A stretch of DNA of 63,606 nt, filler included, from Welwitschia mirabilis (taxonomy: Eukaryota), in assembly GCA_051453625.1 (NCBI GenBank). It is 6 parts of one record of this genome, joined end to end, with 100 filler letters (N's around TTAATTAATTAA, not from the genome) between each part and the next. Parts side by side here need not be neighbours in the genome. Positions count along the whole stretch, not along the records: positions 58,683 to 63,606 come from JBOZIK010000001.1; 5 more parts are not named here. One strand, written 5' to 3'. The stretch's first letter is position 1. The number at the start of each line of letters is the position of its first letter. The notes below the pieces were generated by a model, which saw only the letters and a list, made by a program, of their open reading frames with translations, was not told where the DNA came from and made no database searches. This document shows positions 62,417-63,606 of this stretch, piece by piece. Made by a program: the position numbers and the translations under genes.

Positions 62417-63606
62417 CTGTGAAGCTTGGAGCTTGGATCATGGAAGCTTCGAGCTAAGGAACTCTTAAGCTTGGATTGTCGTCATCTTCAACTATCAAGG
62501 TCTCACTAATTTTTCTAAGAAATATATTTACTCTTAATGTTTATATGATTTATTTTTTCTATTGTAATGATGTGATATTGCATTAGGAAATTATTTATAT
62601 CATTTCTACAATTATCTTGTAAAACATTATTCCCTTCTATTGACTCTTATCAAGATGTTATAGTCAGATATAAGGGGTCTCATGTGCTTGGTGATGAAAG
62701 ATTACTAATGGATGATTATGACCAAGTGACCATGTGGTTTACTATTAAAAAAACATAAATTTGGGTACCCATGTTTATTTAATATTATAATTTTTATCTA
62801 TTATGCATTTGAACCATCTTATTAGGGGTAACTCGGATCCTTAAAAACCTCTTTAAGCTAGTACTCTTACATGGAAATCCCAAGGCTTATAGTAAGTGGT
62901 TATTTTTTTGAATTTATTCGATTTTTATTTTACAATTATTTAAATTAATAACTTATTTAAGATATTTTATAAGTAATTAGTTAGTATATCCATTATTTTA
63001 CTGATCCAAGCTATTACTTAAGTAGCTGTAGAAACTTTATCATATTTTTATTATGGTAAAATTAAATTTCCAGAACAGAGGCATAGGATAAAAACATGAT
63101 ATCTTATTATTTAGTAGGTATAAATTAGTGAATTATTTTTACTAAGTCTACTATTTTGTTATGAATGTAAAAATGAGAAAATAGTAATTTTTTTAATGGG
63201 TAATTATTTTTAAAAAAATTTACTTGTAAAATACATTAGAAAATAAATCCAAAAAATAGTAAGTATGTAACTTATGTTTCTATACCAATCTGTTAAAATA
63301 TCTACAACATTAATCATCTTGCATTGTAAGTAGTTTAATACACATTCCAAAATATCTTAAATCATTTAAAAACAAAGTAGTTTAAAAGTTATGGTCATTT
63401 TAATGAGGTGTAGTAGGATTGTAATTTTAGGAAATTTGATATTTTTTAACCTTAGATTATAACCTTAGAAATAATATTTCTAGAATTCCAAGATACTTTA
63501 AGTTAGGTTCTAAGAATTCTATAATGTATTTAGTTTCTAAAAAAATACATAATTTATTTTTCTTCATAATTAATTAATTACTAGTTTTTAACTATAATAT
63601 CTCCTT

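Noticed and set aside
62254-62457. 67-aa ORF with poly-S and SL repeats
   Set aside because: Translation of the microsatellite.
1-63606. Fungal origin with true RIP, or horizontal transfer of the kinase
   Set aside because: SIRE- and Athila-type elements point to a plant. GC contrast alone cannot support HGT without a phylogeny.

Overview
AT-rich, gap-riddled plant (probably angiosperm) draft-assembly window. It consists almost entirely of nested, heavily C>T-decayed LTR retrotransposons: SIRE-like and other Ty1/Copia, Athila/Tat-like Ty3/Gypsy, and a non-coding LARD-like family present three times. Two CpG-rich islands stand out. (1) A 3.35-kb composite non-autonomous Copia-derived (TRIM-like) insertion at 18698-22045, bounded by one 5-bp TSD (ATGTC) but ending in two different 187-bp LTRs. 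(2) The only intact host-type gene, an intronless 409-aa CDK-like kinase (23750-24979, minus strand). It has a non-PSTAIRE cyclin helix, an altered P+1 loop, a shortened CDK insert and a C-terminal tail with four tandem PPGF motifs (a GYF-domain ligand-type motif). Many duplications flanking 100-N gaps, and the N-TTAATTAATTAA-N linkers, are assembly artefacts and limit structural conclusions. All alignments were done by eye, and boundaries of decayed elements are approximate.
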